In this document: positions 19,498 through 29,561 of the stretch, in pieces
Layout: every line of letters begins with the position of its first letter
Position numbering within the stretch: position 1 is the stretch's first letter
Origin: Flavobacteriales bacterium
Lineage (GTDB): Bacteria; Bacteroidota; Bacteroidia; Flavobacteriales_F; PHOS-HE28
NCBI GenBank assembly: GCA_016705955.1
Contig: JADJKO010000007.1
Span: 128,944 to 192,943, forward strand
Reading direction: 5' to 3'
Length of the DNA stretch: 64,000 bases
The notes under the pieces: model-generated
Told to the model about the DNA's origin: nothing
Seen by the model: the letters and a program-made list of their open reading frames with translations, nothing else
Database searches by the model: none
Made by a program: the position numbers and the translations under genes

Positions 19498-20402
19498 AGC
19501 ACTGGCTTTCCGCCTTTCGTTTGCGCACGTTGCCACTCGCAGTGAGCAGCATCCTGGTCGGTAGCGCAATGGCCGCACATGTGCAGAAGCAGTCATCCTA
19601 TGACCTCTTCAGTCCTGCTGTGCTCGCTCTAGCGTTGCTCACAGCAGTACTTCTCCAGATCCTCAGCAACCTCGCCAACGACCTCGGCGATCACCAACAC
19701 GGCACCGACAACAAGGATCGCGTTGGTCCGCAGCGTGCCGTCCAAAGCGGAGCGATCCCGGTAGCTGCAATGAAACGCGCCATGACCGCTTGTGGCACAC
19801 TCGCTTTCCTAAGTGGATGCGCGTTGATCACTGTTGCGCTCGGGTTCTCCGCGATCACTTTGGTCTTCCTGATCCTTGGCCTCCTTGCCATCGGCGCCGC
19901 CGTGAAGTACACCTTCGGAAAGAACCCTTACGGTTACGCCGGTCTTGGAGACGTCAGCGTCTTCCTTTTCTTCGGCATCGTCGGCGTGTGCGGCACGTTC
20001 TACCTGCACACTCGATTCTTCGAGTGGCCGTTGCTACTCCCCGCTGCTGGATCCGGCTTTCTGAGTGCAGGGGTGCTCAACGTGAACAACATGCGCGACA
20101 TCATGAACGACGCGGCGAGCGGCAAGCGAACGTTGGTGGTGCGCATGGGTAGCACGAACGCCAAAGTCTATCATGTGGCGCTCGTCCTCGGAGGTGTGTT
20201 GTGCCTCACCTCCTTCATCCTGTTGGCCAATGAAAGCGCGTGGCATTGGATCTTCCTCCTCACCCTGCCCGCCTTCTTCATCCATCTGAAGCGCGTGCTC
20301 TCCAACACCGAACCGCGCCTCCTCGATCCACAGCTGAAGACACTCGCACTCACCACCTTCCTCACCGCGATCCTCTTCTCGCTGGGTCTTATCCTTGCGT
20401 GA
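19494..20402 (+). CDS. menA: 1,4-dihydroxy-2-naphthoate polyprenyltransferase (UbiA family)
   Basis: UbiA-family membrane protein with an Asp-rich motif (NDLGDHQHGTD); 8-9 TM helices. GTG start overlaps the menD stop (GTGA). Confidence 0.8.
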   Translation: MKHWLSAFRLRTLPLAVSSILVGSAMAAHVQKQSSYDLFSPAVLALALLTAVLLQILSNLANDLGDHQHGTDNKDRVGPQRAVQSGAIPVAAMKRAMTACGTLAFLSGCALITVALGFSAITLVFLILGLLAIGAAVKYTFGKNPYGYAGLGDVSVFLFFGIVGVCGTFYLHTRFFEWPLLLPAAGSGFLSAGVLNVNNMRDIMNDAASGKRTLVVRMGSTNAKVYHVALVLGGVLCLTSFILLANESAWHWIFLLTLPAFFIHLKRVLSNTEPRLLDPQLKTLALTTFLTAILFSLGLILA

Positions 20403-21457
20403 TGCTGCACGCGCGCTGGATCGAACGAACCCTGCAACCCCGCTTCGAACTCGGCACCTCGAAGGGACCGATCACTGCGCGCACCGTCTGGTATCTGATC
20501 GCGTGGAACGATGATGCGCCCGGGATCCATGGCATCGGTGAAGCCGCGCTCTTCCCCGGTCACAGCAAGGAGTTCCCGACAGATGTGAAGGTGAAGCTGA
20601 TCGAACTCTGCGCGCGCACCGACAACTGGATCGAGCGCTTGACCACCGATCTCGTGGATGTGCCCAGCGTGCGTTTCGCGGTGGAGCAATGCATGCGTGA
20701 TCTCGAGGCGGGTGGAACGAAGACGCTCTTCCCATCGGAGTTCACGCTCGGACGGAAACCGATCCCGATCAACGGCTTGGTCTGGATGGGTGACAAGGCC
20801 ACGATGAAGCAGCGGATCCACGAGCAGATCGATTCGGGTTACACCACGGTGAAGATGAAGATCGGCGCCATCGGCTTCACCGATGAACTGGAACTGATCC
20901 AATCCATCCGCTTGGAGCACCCTGCATCCGAACTTTGTTTGCGTGTGGATGCGAACGGCGCCTTCAACGTGCAAAGCGCACCCGATGTATTGAAGCGTCT
21001 CGCCGATGCAGATGTCCATAGTATCGAGCAACCTGTTCCAGCGGGCTTGTATGAAGTGATGGCGGATCTCTGTGCGACCACACCGATCCCGATCGCCCTC
21101 GACGAGGACCTCATCGGCATTCACACGCGCGATGCGAAACAGGACCTTCTGAAGAACGTGAAGCCGCAGTACATCGTGATCAAGCCCAGTCTTGTGGGCG
21201 GATGGGCGGCTGCGCAGGAATGGATCGATCTTGCGCAAGCGATGGACATCGGTTGGTGGATCACCTCCGCGCTGGAAAGCAGCATCGGGCTCAACGCGAT
21301 CGCACAATTCACGGCGACGCTCGACGTGAACATGGCGCAAGGCCTCGGCACCGGAAAGGTGTATGCGAACAACATCCCTTCGCCCCTCGTTGCCGAAAGC
21401 GGCTACCTGTCCTACCGTCCCGAGGAGAGTTGGGATCTGACCTCGATCCTCGGTTGA
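20402..21457 (+). CDS. menC: o-succinylbenzoate synthase (enolase superfamily)
   Basis: Enolase-superfamily barrel with metal ligands (KMKIG, DANGAF, EQP, DED). TGATG overlap with menA. Confidence 0.75.
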   Translation: MLHARWIERTLQPRFELGTSKGPITARTVWYLIAWNDDAPGIHGIGEAALFPGHSKEFPTDVKVKLIELCARTDNWIERLTTDLVDVPSVRFAVEQCMRDLEAGGTKTLFPSEFTLGRKPIPINGLVWMGDKATMKQRIHEQIDSGYTTVKMKIGAIGFTDELELIQSIRLEHPASELCLRVDANGAFNVQSAPDVLKRLADADVHSIEQPVPAGLYEVMADLCATTPIPIALDEDLIGIHTRDAKQDLLKNVKPQYIVIKPSLVGGWAAAQEWIDLAQAMDIGWWITSALESSIGLNAIAQFTATLDVNMAQGLGTGKVYANNIPSPLVAESGYLSYRPEESWDLTSILG

Positions 21458-21470
21458 TCCGCGACCAAAT

Positions 21471-22544
21471 GTGGAAGCAATGAACTTCGATCGCATCACG
21501 GTGGATGGTCGCACACTCCTGGGTGCGGAGATCATTGGCTACTTCGATGATCTGATCGCATCGCAACGCATGGATGCCGCATGGGTGGACCGTTTGCGAT
21601 CCACTGCGCGCGACTTGATGGCCGCCCAAGGACTTTCCGCGAAGACCAGCGGCACCACCGGGCCACCGAAGCTGTTCACCATTCCGCACTCGGATCTTCT
21701 CGCCAGCGCGGAACTCACCGGACTCGCCTTCAACCTACGGCCCGGTGATCGCGTGCTGCATTGCCTGCCCTGCGAGTACGTGGCGGGCAAGCTGATGCTC
21801 GCCCGTGCTTTCGCACTTGGACTTGACATCCATTTCGCCGATCCTCGAAGCCGATCGCTGGATGGCCTGGATCGTACGGATCGATCCGCATTCGCAGCCA
21901 TGATCCCCATGCAATTGCACCGGATGTTGCAAGAGGATCGTGCGCGTGTGGAGCAGCAGTTCGCCACGATATTGCTCGGCGGCGGCCCGGTGAGCACCCT
22001 GCTCGCAGAAGCGTTGATCGACCTGCGAACGAACGTGGTGTTGGGTTACGGAAGCACGGAGACCGTGACCCATGTGGCACTTCGCCAGTTGAACGGACCA
22101 CAACGGAGCGATCACTTCACGGCCATCGGCGACATCCATTTCTCACGGGATCCGCGTGGCTGCCTTGTGGTCTACACACCGCATCTCACGACAACACAGC
22201 ACGTCACCAACGACCTTGTCGAATTGGTCGATGACACGCACTTCCGATGGCTCGGGCGCTATGACAACGTGATCCTGAGCGGCGGCAAGAAGATCTTCCC
22301 CGAGCAACTGGAAGCACGCACGGACGGAGTGATCCCCTACCCTCACTTCTTCGGCCGTACGGATGATCCCGTTCTCGGTCAAGCGGTGGTCCTCACCGTG
22401 GAGACCGGCCGCCCGCAACAGGAGGTCGTGCCGGAGGTCATGGACTTGCTGCTGCACACGCTGAACCTCCACGAAATGCCGCGACGGATCATCGTTCTCC
22501 CGCGCATCGAACGAACTGGAAGCGGTAAGATCAAGCGCGTCTGA
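21471..22544 (+). CDS. menE: o-succinylbenzoate-CoA ligase (short AMP-binding enzyme)
   Basis: AMP-binding motif TSGTTGPPK, then GYGSTE and SGKIKR; ~355 aa as expected for MenE. Confidence 0.7.
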   Translation: MEAMNFDRITVDGRTLLGAEIIGYFDDLIASQRMDAAWVDRLRSTARDLMAAQGLSAKTSGTTGPPKLFTIPHSDLLASAELTGLAFNLRPGDRVLHCLPCEYVAGKLMLARAFALGLDIHFADPRSRSLDGLDRTDRSAFAAMIPMQLHRMLQEDRARVEQQFATILLGGGPVSTLLAEALIDLRTNVVLGYGSTETVTHVALRQLNGPQRSDHFTAIGDIHFSRDPRGCLVVYTPHLTTTQHVTNDLVELVDDTHFRWLGRYDNVILSGGKKIFPEQLEARTDGVIPYPHFFGRTDDPVLGQAVVLTVETGRPQQEVVPEVMDLLLHTLNLHEMPRRIIVLPRIERTGSGKIKRV

Positions 22545-22774
22545 TAATGATATAACTCCTGGTCCTGCTCATCCTCTACGCCTTCATCTTCCTGATCGTG
22601 GCGTGGCCGATCCATTGGATCTGGCATTCGCGCACACAGGACGGACCGTACGATCCCCGGTTCTACGCGCAACCCTCGTTCTGGCGGATCTATGCCATCG
22701 TGTTCGGAGGCGCGTTGATCGCGACCATCCTTTCGAACTTCCTCCGTGGAGCGTTGTGATCGCTGCGGCGGCGA

Positions 22775-23884
22775 CTACTTCATATTGTTCACCGCCTCCT
22801 TGTCCAGGTCCTCACCCGGCTCATCGTCCATCGGCTTGGACGCGGTGTACACGCGCCAACGGGCCAGCACGGCTTCCATATCGGCAGGTAGTGCGCTTTC
22901 GAATTGCATGCGCTTACCGGTGATCGGGTGATCGAAAGCAAGCGTGCGCGCGTGCAGCGCTTGACGCGGCAAAAGCTTGAAGCAATTCTCCACGAACTGC
23001 TTGTACTTGGTGAATGTCGTTCCCTTCAACACACGATCGCCTCCATAGTTGGCATCATTGAACACCGGGTGACCGGTGTACTGCATGTGTACCCGGATCT
23101 GGTGCGTGCGTCCCGTTTCCAGTTTGCACTCGACGAGTGAGATGTAGCGGAAGCGCTCCAGCACCTTCCACCGCGTGACCGCAGGTTTGCCTTGATCGCC
23201 TTCCGGGAAAACGAATTGCACGGTGCGGTCCTTCACACTGCGACCGATGTGCCCTTCGATCACGCCTTCCTCCTCCTCCAAATCGCCCCACACGATCGCG
23301 GAATAACGTCGGTCGCTGGTGCGATCGAAGAACTGCCGCGCGAGGTGCGTCAACGCTTCCTCGGTCTTGCCGACCACCATCACACCGCTGGTGTCCTTAT
23401 CAAGACGATGTACAAGGCCCGGACGCGGGATATCGGCGCCGGGCGTGGAGGGCAACTTGCCGAAGTGGAAGAGCAGCGCGTTCACCAATGTCCCCGTCCA
23501 GTTGCCATGACCCGGATGTACCACCAGCCCTGCTGGCTTGTCGATCACCAACACGTGCTCGTCCTCGTAGATCACCGACAGCGGAATGTCCTCCGGCAGC
23601 AATTCCACTTCGCGCTGCGGATAAGGCAACACGATGCTGATCACATCACCGGGCTTCACCTTCTGGCTTGGCTTGGCCGCCTTGTCGTTCACCAGCACGT
23701 TGCCCGCCTTCGCTGCCACTTGGATGCGATTGCGCGAGGTGTGCGCTAACCGCACGAAAAGGAACTTGTCCAGCCGGATCAGCGATTGCTTCGGATCGCA
23801 GACGATGCGGTGATGCTCGTACAGTTCATCCTCCGAAGAATTGTCCGAAGGAGGTCCCGAATGACTGAGTGCTTCGGTGGCCAT
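22775..23884 (-). CDS. rluD: RluD-family 23S rRNA pseudouridine synthase (S4 domain plus RluA catalytic domain)
   Basis: S4-like N-terminal region. Catalytic motif HRLDKDTSGVMVV with GRTHQIRVHM. Confidence 0.85.
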   Translation of the reverse strand: MATEALSHSGPPSDNSSEDELYEHHRIVCDPKQSLIRLDKFLFVRLAHTSRNRIQVAAKAGNVLVNDKAAKPSQKVKPGDVISIVLPYPQREVELLPEDIPLSVIYEDEHVLVIDKPAGLVVHPGHGNWTGTLVNALLFHFGKLPSTPGADIPRPGLVHRLDKDTSGVMVVGKTEEALTHLARQFFDRTSDRRYSAIVWGDLEEEEGVIEGHIGRSVKDRTVQFVFPEGDQGKPAVTRWKVLERFRYISLVECKLETGRTHQIRVHMQYTGHPVFNDANYGGDRVLKGTTFTKYKQFVENCFKLLPRQALHARTLAFDHPITGKRMQFESALPADMEAVLARWRVYTASKPMDDEPGEDLDKEAVNNMK

Positions 23885-26151
23885 CAGCGTTGAATGAGCA
23901 AGCGTTCCTGCGCGATGGATGAACCATCAGGCCCCACCACCCGAACGACGTACATGCCCGGTTGCAGATCGCTGACCATCATGGTCGCAGGTTCCCGCCA
24001 CAGCTGCTGTTGGATCAACCGGCCGGTGGCATCGAGGCACTGGACCATGGAACCGTGCGTGGCACGATCGCACCGGATCATCACGGCATCGTTCGCCGGA
24101 TTCGGAAAAAGGATCATGGCACGATCCGGATCCACCGAAAGGCCTTCCTCCACAGATGCGAAAGGATCCGTGGCGGAGACGAATACCGGGCGCATCATCA
24201 GGGAACCCTCGAAACCGCTGTTCGTGAACGACCCGCTGGTGCGATAGAAGATCTTGTTCTGGTTGTTGCGGTTGCGATCGAAGCCGAGGTTCATCCGCAC
24301 GCCGTTCGTCTGCACCCAGCCCACATAGAAGGTACCCTCCACATGGATCGTGGAGTCCAATGGATATTCCACGAAGTGGTTGGCGCCGTCCAACCGGTAT
24401 TGCGGATTGGAGAAGGTGTAGTTCTGGTGCAGGATCACCTCCGGGTTCAAACTGGTCCACACCGTGATCAGGAAGGAGCCGGTCGCCGGGTTCGGTGAGG
24501 ATTGCGGATCGTTCGCCTGCGGGTTGAAGTACATCCGCACCGCGCGCAGCGAATCCTCCCCCACGATATCGTAGCGGTACGCGAGAGAGGCGCCAGCGGT
24601 GTTCAGTCCATAGCTCGATTCCGCGCTTCCATCATCGTAGGCCATGTAGTTGCTCAACTCCTGGATGAAGGTGATGGTGTCATTGCACGCACAGAGATCC
24701 GGCTCGGTGTGTGTCCAGAATTTCACGCGCCAGAACGCCGCATCCGTGGAAAGTCCGGGGTCATATTCGAAGTTGTTCGGTGCCGCAGCGATCGGGTGCT
24801 GGCTATCGAAGATCATCAACGCATTGCCGCTCGCATTCAATCCGTTGGTGAATTGGAAGACAGGGGCGGCATTCTCCTCCTTCGCCACCATGCCGTACTG
24901 GATGAACCGATCCACATTGTCCAGGTTGCGCTGCTTCGCGGTGATGCTCTGCGCCATGTAGGACGAAGGCGACTGCGCGAACTTGGCGAAGGGTACGCTG
25001 GTGTAGGTGTTCAGCAAACTGGACTCCGGATACATGTACGCCACTTCGATGAGGCGCGTGTCATCGAAGGTCCGTTGGTCACCTAACCGCACATAGTCCA
25101 AGTGCCACTGATCGAACGCACCACTCAGCGTGGCATAGTTCAGGAAGCGCATGCGGAAGCCATCCTTCAGGAAGCGGCTTTGCGTCACGGGGACCAACAC
25201 CTGCTCGAATGGCTGAAGCGGGATGTACGGTGTACGCCAGACGCGGTACCAGAGATCCTCATCCGGCGCGTAGAATTCCAGGACAAGGCTATCAATGGGT
25301 TGCACATTCACATCGCCGCTAAGGCCTTGTGGCTGGAAGAAGAAGCTGAGGTAGATGGAATCACTTGCTGGACGGAACAGGTCGATGGGCACGGAAGTGA
25401 GGTGGTCGGCGATACCGTGCGCCGTGTACTGCGCGAAATTGTACGGGTAGCCCGTGCGCGCCAATCCATCGAAGGTGGCCACACCGATGGTGGGCGGTTC
25501 GATGGGATAGGTGCCATTGATGTACACGTCATCGTCCTCCCAAAGGATCAACGGGACGACCGAGTTGTCCGCCTGGGTGTATGTGCGAGGATCCGGCGCC
25601 ACCGTGTAGATGAGAAGGGAATCCTGCAAGAGCTCCGGCGGAACGATGTGCAGCGTGTCCGGCGAAGGGCTCTGGATCGTATCGAAGATGTTGTAGGGCG
25701 GCCAGGCTTGCACCACTTCCGACGTGACCGGATACATGAGGACATTGCGCACGAGCACGGTTACATCCACGAGAGCAGTACGTGTCGTGGTCGACGGGTC
25801 GGTGAGGTCGGTGATGTACCGGAAGGTGGTATCGTCACTGAAGGCCATGTCCGGTGTCGATACTCCAGCGATCTCCAGAGCGTAGATCGTTTCCGTCAGC
25901 GTCACGTTCGCATCCGTGGACTGTGCCCATCGGCTGCGTGTGCGATCAATGGAGAAGTCATCGGCCACAGGGATCGGTTGGGTGGCGTTCTGGTAGATGA
26001 AGTACTCGTTCAACCCTACGGCTTTGCGCATGGCTGCTTGTGCCTCGGGCACCACGCGCATGCCCAGTGGCGTGAGCACTTCATCCTGTGCAAGCACAAC
26101 GGACCCGATCAACAGGAACGGAACGAATAGCAGAACGTGATCAAGGCGCAT
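23884..26151 (-). CDS. large secreted protein of unknown function with T9SS type-A C-terminal sorting domain
   Basis: Signal peptide (MRLDHVLLFVPFLLIGSVVLAQ). C-terminal LFPNPANDAV...GMYVVRVV...LLIQR Por secretion tail. The stop shares one base with the rluD start (TGATG). An upstream in-frame Met at 26247 is less likely. Confidence 0.65.
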   Translation of the reverse strand: MRLDHVLLFVPFLLIGSVVLAQDEVLTPLGMRVVPEAQAAMRKAVGLNEYFIYQNATQPIPVADDFSIDRTRSRWAQSTDANVTLTETIYALEIAGVSTPDMAFSDDTTFRYITDLTDPSTTTRTALVDVTVLVRNVLMYPVTSEVVQAWPPYNIFDTIQSPSPDTLHIVPPELLQDSLLIYTVAPDPRTYTQADNSVVPLILWEDDDVYINGTYPIEPPTIGVATFDGLARTGYPYNFAQYTAHGIADHLTSVPIDLFRPASDSIYLSFFFQPQGLSGDVNVQPIDSLVLEFYAPDEDLWYRVWRTPYIPLQPFEQVLVPVTQSRFLKDGFRMRFLNYATLSGAFDQWHLDYVRLGDQRTFDDTRLIEVAYMYPESSLLNTYTSVPFAKFAQSPSSYMAQSITAKQRNLDNVDRFIQYGMVAKEENAAPVFQFTNGLNASGNALMIFDSQHPIAAAPNNFEYDPGLSTDAAFWRVKFWTHTEPDLCACNDTITFIQELSNYMAYDDGSAESSYGLNTAGASLAYRYDIVGEDSLRAVRMYFNPQANDPQSSPNPATGSFLITVWTSLNPEVILHQNYTFSNPQYRLDGANHFVEYPLDSTIHVEGTFYVGWVQTNGVRMNLGFDRNRNNQNKIFYRTSGSFTNSGFEGSLMMRPVFVSATDPFASVEEGLSVDPDRAMILFPNPANDAVMIRCDRATHGSMVQCLDATGRLIQQQLWREPATMMVSDLQPGMYVVRVVGPDGSSIAQERLLIQR

Positions 26152-26959
26152 CGGCGGTATCTGTTTTGGAATAACGACCGGGATCGTTCCAGCCGGGTTC
26201 GGGGCGCAGGCCGGTGGTATCGGCGGTAAGCCAGATGTCGATGGCACTGCCCATGGCGACCCGGTTGTTCACATCCGCCGACGGTGATTGTCGGCGCACC
26301 CGTGCGAACGAGGAATCCGCCTTCGTATTGCATGCGCGGCACTCCACCACCACACCCACGTTCAGCGACGCCATGCTCAGTACCATGCCCACTTCGGCAT
26401 TGGAAAGTCCGATCACATCCGGCACCGGTACACGTTCACCACGATCGCCACTACCAAGGACCAACGTGATCGCTTCTCCCCTGCGGATGCGTTCATCCGG
26501 CGCGATGGGTTGGCCCTTGTACAGTTGCGCGATCACGCAATCCACACAGCGGTCCGGCTTGTATTGGAGTTCCTTCACCTTCAACCCGATGATCTCCAGC
26601 ACGGAGATGGCCTGCCGCTTGGAGAGGTCCACCAGCTTGGGCATGTCGATCATCTTCGGCTGGCTGGCATTGATCACCAAGTACACCTTCCGGCCCGGCT
26701 TCACTTCCTTGCCTCCCTCGGGATCCTGCTCCACGATGCTGCCCTTCGGCAGTTCCTCGGTGTACACCGAATCCACCACCACCGCGAAGAGATCGCGCTT
26801 CTCCAGGACCGAGTTCGCCTCATCAATGCTCCTTCCGCGCAGGTCCGGTACCAAGGCACGCACCCCGTGCCGCGTGTAGTTGCGCAACCACGCCCAGCCT
26901 CCCAGCAGCAGCAAGGCGGCCACCAGCAAAGGAGCCAGCGTAGGGAGGTAGCGTTTCAT
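26141..26959 (-). CDS. PASTA domain-containing membrane-anchored protein
   Basis: One TM helix followed by three PASTA-like repeats (VPDLRGRSIDEA..., MPKLVDLSKRQA..., VPDVIGLSNAEV...). Confidence 0.7.
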   Translation of the reverse strand: MKRYLPTLAPLLVAALLLLGGWAWLRNYTRHGVRALVPDLRGRSIDEANSVLEKRDLFAVVVDSVYTEELPKGSIVEQDPEGGKEVKPGRKVYLVINASQPKMIDMPKLVDLSKRQAISVLEIIGLKVKELQYKPDRCVDCVIAQLYKGQPIAPDERIRRGEAITLVLGSGDRGERVPVPDVIGLSNAEVGMVLSMASLNVGVVVECRACNTKADSSFARVRRQSPSADVNNRVAMGSAIDIWLTADTTGLRPEPGWNDPGRYSKTDTADAP

Positions 26960-27085
26960 CGGGGTGCGCGAAGATAGAAGGACGGTGTGGCCGAGAAGTC
27001 CACACTGCACCGTGTGTACTTCGCCGGAGAACCTGCGTTGGTCCATACTTGTGGACGGATCTTTACATCCTTGGCACATCCATCC

Positions 27086-28084
27086 ATGTCACGTCCGCTC
27101 ATTGCCGTGGTCCGCGGCGGTTACTCCGGTGAATCGGTGATCAGCATGCAGAGCGCTGCACGCATGATGTCCGCCATCGACACCGATCGCTTCGATCCAT
27201 ACTACGTCACCATCACCCCACAACAATGGAGTTGCGAAGGTCCGGATGATGTGCCATTGCCCTTCGATCGAGGCGTGTTCGCAGTGGACCGTGGTCGCGG
27301 ACCGGAACGATTCGGTGCAGCACTCATCGCCATCCACGGCACACCTGGTGAGGACGGATTGCTCCAAGGATACTTGGACCTGTTGCACGTTCCCTACCAG
27401 ACCGGCGGCGTGCTGAACATGTCGCTCACGTTCAGCAAGTATTCCACCACCGCGTACCTGCGCCAGTTCGGTTTCACGGTCGCTCCTTCCGTACTGGTAC
27501 AACACCAAGGGGAGGATCATGCAGCACGCGTGGCACCGCTGGGCCTTCCCTGCTTCGTGAAGCCGGATCGAAGTGGCAGCAGTTTGGGCATCAGCAAGGT
27601 GAAGCACTTGGATGAATTGTCGGCCGCACTCGAACTCGCTTTTGCAGAGGGACCGCATGTGATGGTGGAGGCCGGTATTGTCGGACGAGAGCTCACCTGC
27701 GGCGTGATCGACCTGGGTGGCAAGGCGCAGGCGTTGCCGGTTTGTGAAGTTCGCCACACGCACGAGTTCTTCGATTACCAAGCGAAGTACCATGCAGCGG
27801 ATACGGAGGAGATCTTACCGGCACCGCTGACTGAGGAAGTGACCCGGCTGGTGAAAGAGCGCTCCGAAGCGATCTACACCGCGCTGGACTGCCATGGTAT
27901 GGTGCGCGTGGATCACTTCTGGACCGGACATGAATTGGTGACCATCGAAGTGAACGCCACACCTGGGTTCAGCGCTGCGAGCATTTTCCCGAAGATGTTG
28001 GAGATCGCAGGGATCGGTGTGCCTGCGGCGATCAATGGTCTGTTGGAACGGTGTCTGGGGAATATCAGAACAGTGACGCACTGA
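27086..28084 (+). CDS. ddl: D-alanine--D-alanine ligase
   Basis: ATP-grasp Ddl motifs (IAVVRGGYSGE, HGTPGEDG, FVKPDRSGSSLGISKV, EVNATPGF). Start chosen at MSRPLIAVV. Confidence 0.85.
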   Translation: MSRPLIAVVRGGYSGESVISMQSAARMMSAIDTDRFDPYYVTITPQQWSCEGPDDVPLPFDRGVFAVDRGRGPERFGAALIAIHGTPGEDGLLQGYLDLLHVPYQTGGVLNMSLTFSKYSTTAYLRQFGFTVAPSVLVQHQGEDHAARVAPLGLPCFVKPDRSGSSLGISKVKHLDELSAALELAFAEGPHVMVEAGIVGRELTCGVIDLGGKAQALPVCEVRHTHEFFDYQAKYHAADTEEILPAPLTEEVTRLVKERSEAIYTALDCHGMVRVDHFWTGHELVTIEVNATPGFSAASIFPKMLEIAGIGVPAAINGLLERCLGNIRTVTH

Positions 28085-28097
28085 TCCGACCACGACG

Positions 28098-28970
28098 ATG
28101 AGCGATACGATCAGGGACCACTTCTATCGGATCCGCAAGCACATCCTGTTCGACCCGGTGAACACGGGCCGGCGGCTGCACTACCTATGGAACTACCTGC
28201 GCTGGCAGACGCGAGGGAAATACGGCAAGGACCGTTGGTTGATCACCTTTGACAACGGGTTGCGCTCTTACGTTCATCCGTTCCCGGACCACGATGCCGG
28301 AGAGATGAACATCTGGACGCGGAATGTGGATTTCCACGACACGCAGTTGGTCCGGAAGGTGTTGAGGAAGGGCGACCGCATTGTGGACGCAGGATGTAAC
28401 GTGGGCAATCGCACTTGGGCGCTTGCCGATCTTATCGGCGGCGCGTTGATGATCGATGCGGGTACTGCGGCCATCGCGCGGGTGCAAGAGAATCGCGACT
28501 TGAACGGCTTATCGGCGAACGACTTCGTGACCATCCACAAAGCCGTTGGCGAGCGACCGGGAATGGTGCGCTTCACGGATGAAGGAGGAGCGTACACGCG
28601 GAACATGGTCGTGGATGCGGATGATCCGACGTCGAAGCCGATCGTGGAAGTGGAAATGACCACCATCGATATCGAAGTGGCACGGATGGGTTGGCGGCCG
28701 ACGTACTTGAAGATCGATGTGGAAGGCCAGGACCTACCGGCGTTGAAAGGCGCGATCGGCGTGCTGCGATCGGGCGATGTGCGTCTGGTGAAGTTCGAGC
28801 ACAACGCATCCGAGCCGCTCGCCCCATTGATCACCTTCTTCAATGAACTGGGCTGGACGGTCTTCACCCTGTTCAAGGGCCGCATCACGCAGGAGAAGCG
28901 CCACATGGAGAAAGAGATGAACCTCTTCGCTGCGCCACCCGCGATCTTCGCGATGTTGACGGGTCACTGA
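28098..28970 (+). CDS. FkbM-family methyltransferase
   Basis: FkbM-like SAM-binding core (IVDAGCNVGN ... LKIDVEGQDLPALKG). Confidence 0.75.
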   Translation: MSDTIRDHFYRIRKHILFDPVNTGRRLHYLWNYLRWQTRGKYGKDRWLITFDNGLRSYVHPFPDHDAGEMNIWTRNVDFHDTQLVRKVLRKGDRIVDAGCNVGNRTWALADLIGGALMIDAGTAAIARVQENRDLNGLSANDFVTIHKAVGERPGMVRFTDEGGAYTRNMVVDADDPTSKPIVEVEMTTIDIEVARMGWRPTYLKIDVEGQDLPALKGAIGVLRSGDVRLVKFEHNASEPLAPLITFFNELGWTVFTLFKGRITQEKRHMEKEMNLFAAPPAIFAMLTGH

Positions 28971-28973
28971 GGA

Positions 28974-29561
28974 TCAGTCCCCGATCTGCTCGGTTCGGAT
29001 CCAGTCAAGAAATTTCTCCATCGCCAGAGCGCGGTGGCTGATCCGGTTCTTCGCCTCCGCATCCATTTCGGCGAACGTGCGCGAAGAACCCTGCGGTAAG
29101 AAGATCGGATCGTATCCGAATCCGCCCTTCCCTATCGGCTTCTCACCGATCCTTCCATGTACGCTTCCTTCAAAGAGTTGCTCACCCTCAGGGCCGACGA
29201 GCGCGAGCACCGTGCGGAACGCAGCCGATCGATCCTTGACCCCTTCCAATTCGCGCAGCAAGCGATCCATGTTCGCATCCGCGTCCCTAGCGGTTCCCGC
29301 GTAGCGTGCTGAATGCACACCTGGAGCGCCACCCAAGGCCTCCACCGCCAGCCCGGTGTCGTCCGACAAGCAAGGAAGACCGCATCGTTCAAAGACATAC
29401 CGCGCTTTTTGAAGGGCATTCTCCTCAAGCGTTTCTCCGCTCTCGGGAAGATCACCCGGGATGCCAAGCTCCCCTAGGGTTACCAGCTCGATCCGCACGG
29501 GAAGCAGTGCGCGCAATTCGGCGACCTTCCCGGGATTCCCTGTACACAACACAATGCGCAT
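28974..29561 (-). CDS. rdgB: RdgB/HAM1 non-canonical purine NTP pyrophosphatase
   Basis: MRIVLCTGNPGKVAEL start, SDDTGL, FGYDPIF signature; 195 aa. Confidence 0.85.
   Translation of the reverse strand: MRIVLCTGNPGKVAELRALLPVRIELVTLGELGIPGDLPESGETLEENALQKARYVFERCGLPCLSDDTGLAVEALGGAPGVHSARYAGTARDADANMDRLLRELEGVKDRSAAFRTVLALVGPEGEQLFEGSVHGRIGEKPIGKGGFGYDPIFLPQGSSRTFAEMDAEAKNRISHRALAMEKFLDWIRTEQIGD

Noticed and set aside
22603-22923. A 106-aa ORF in the menE-rluD spacer.
   Set aside because: It runs antisense into the rluD 3' end and has Pro/Arg-rich low-complexity composition. I did not call it.
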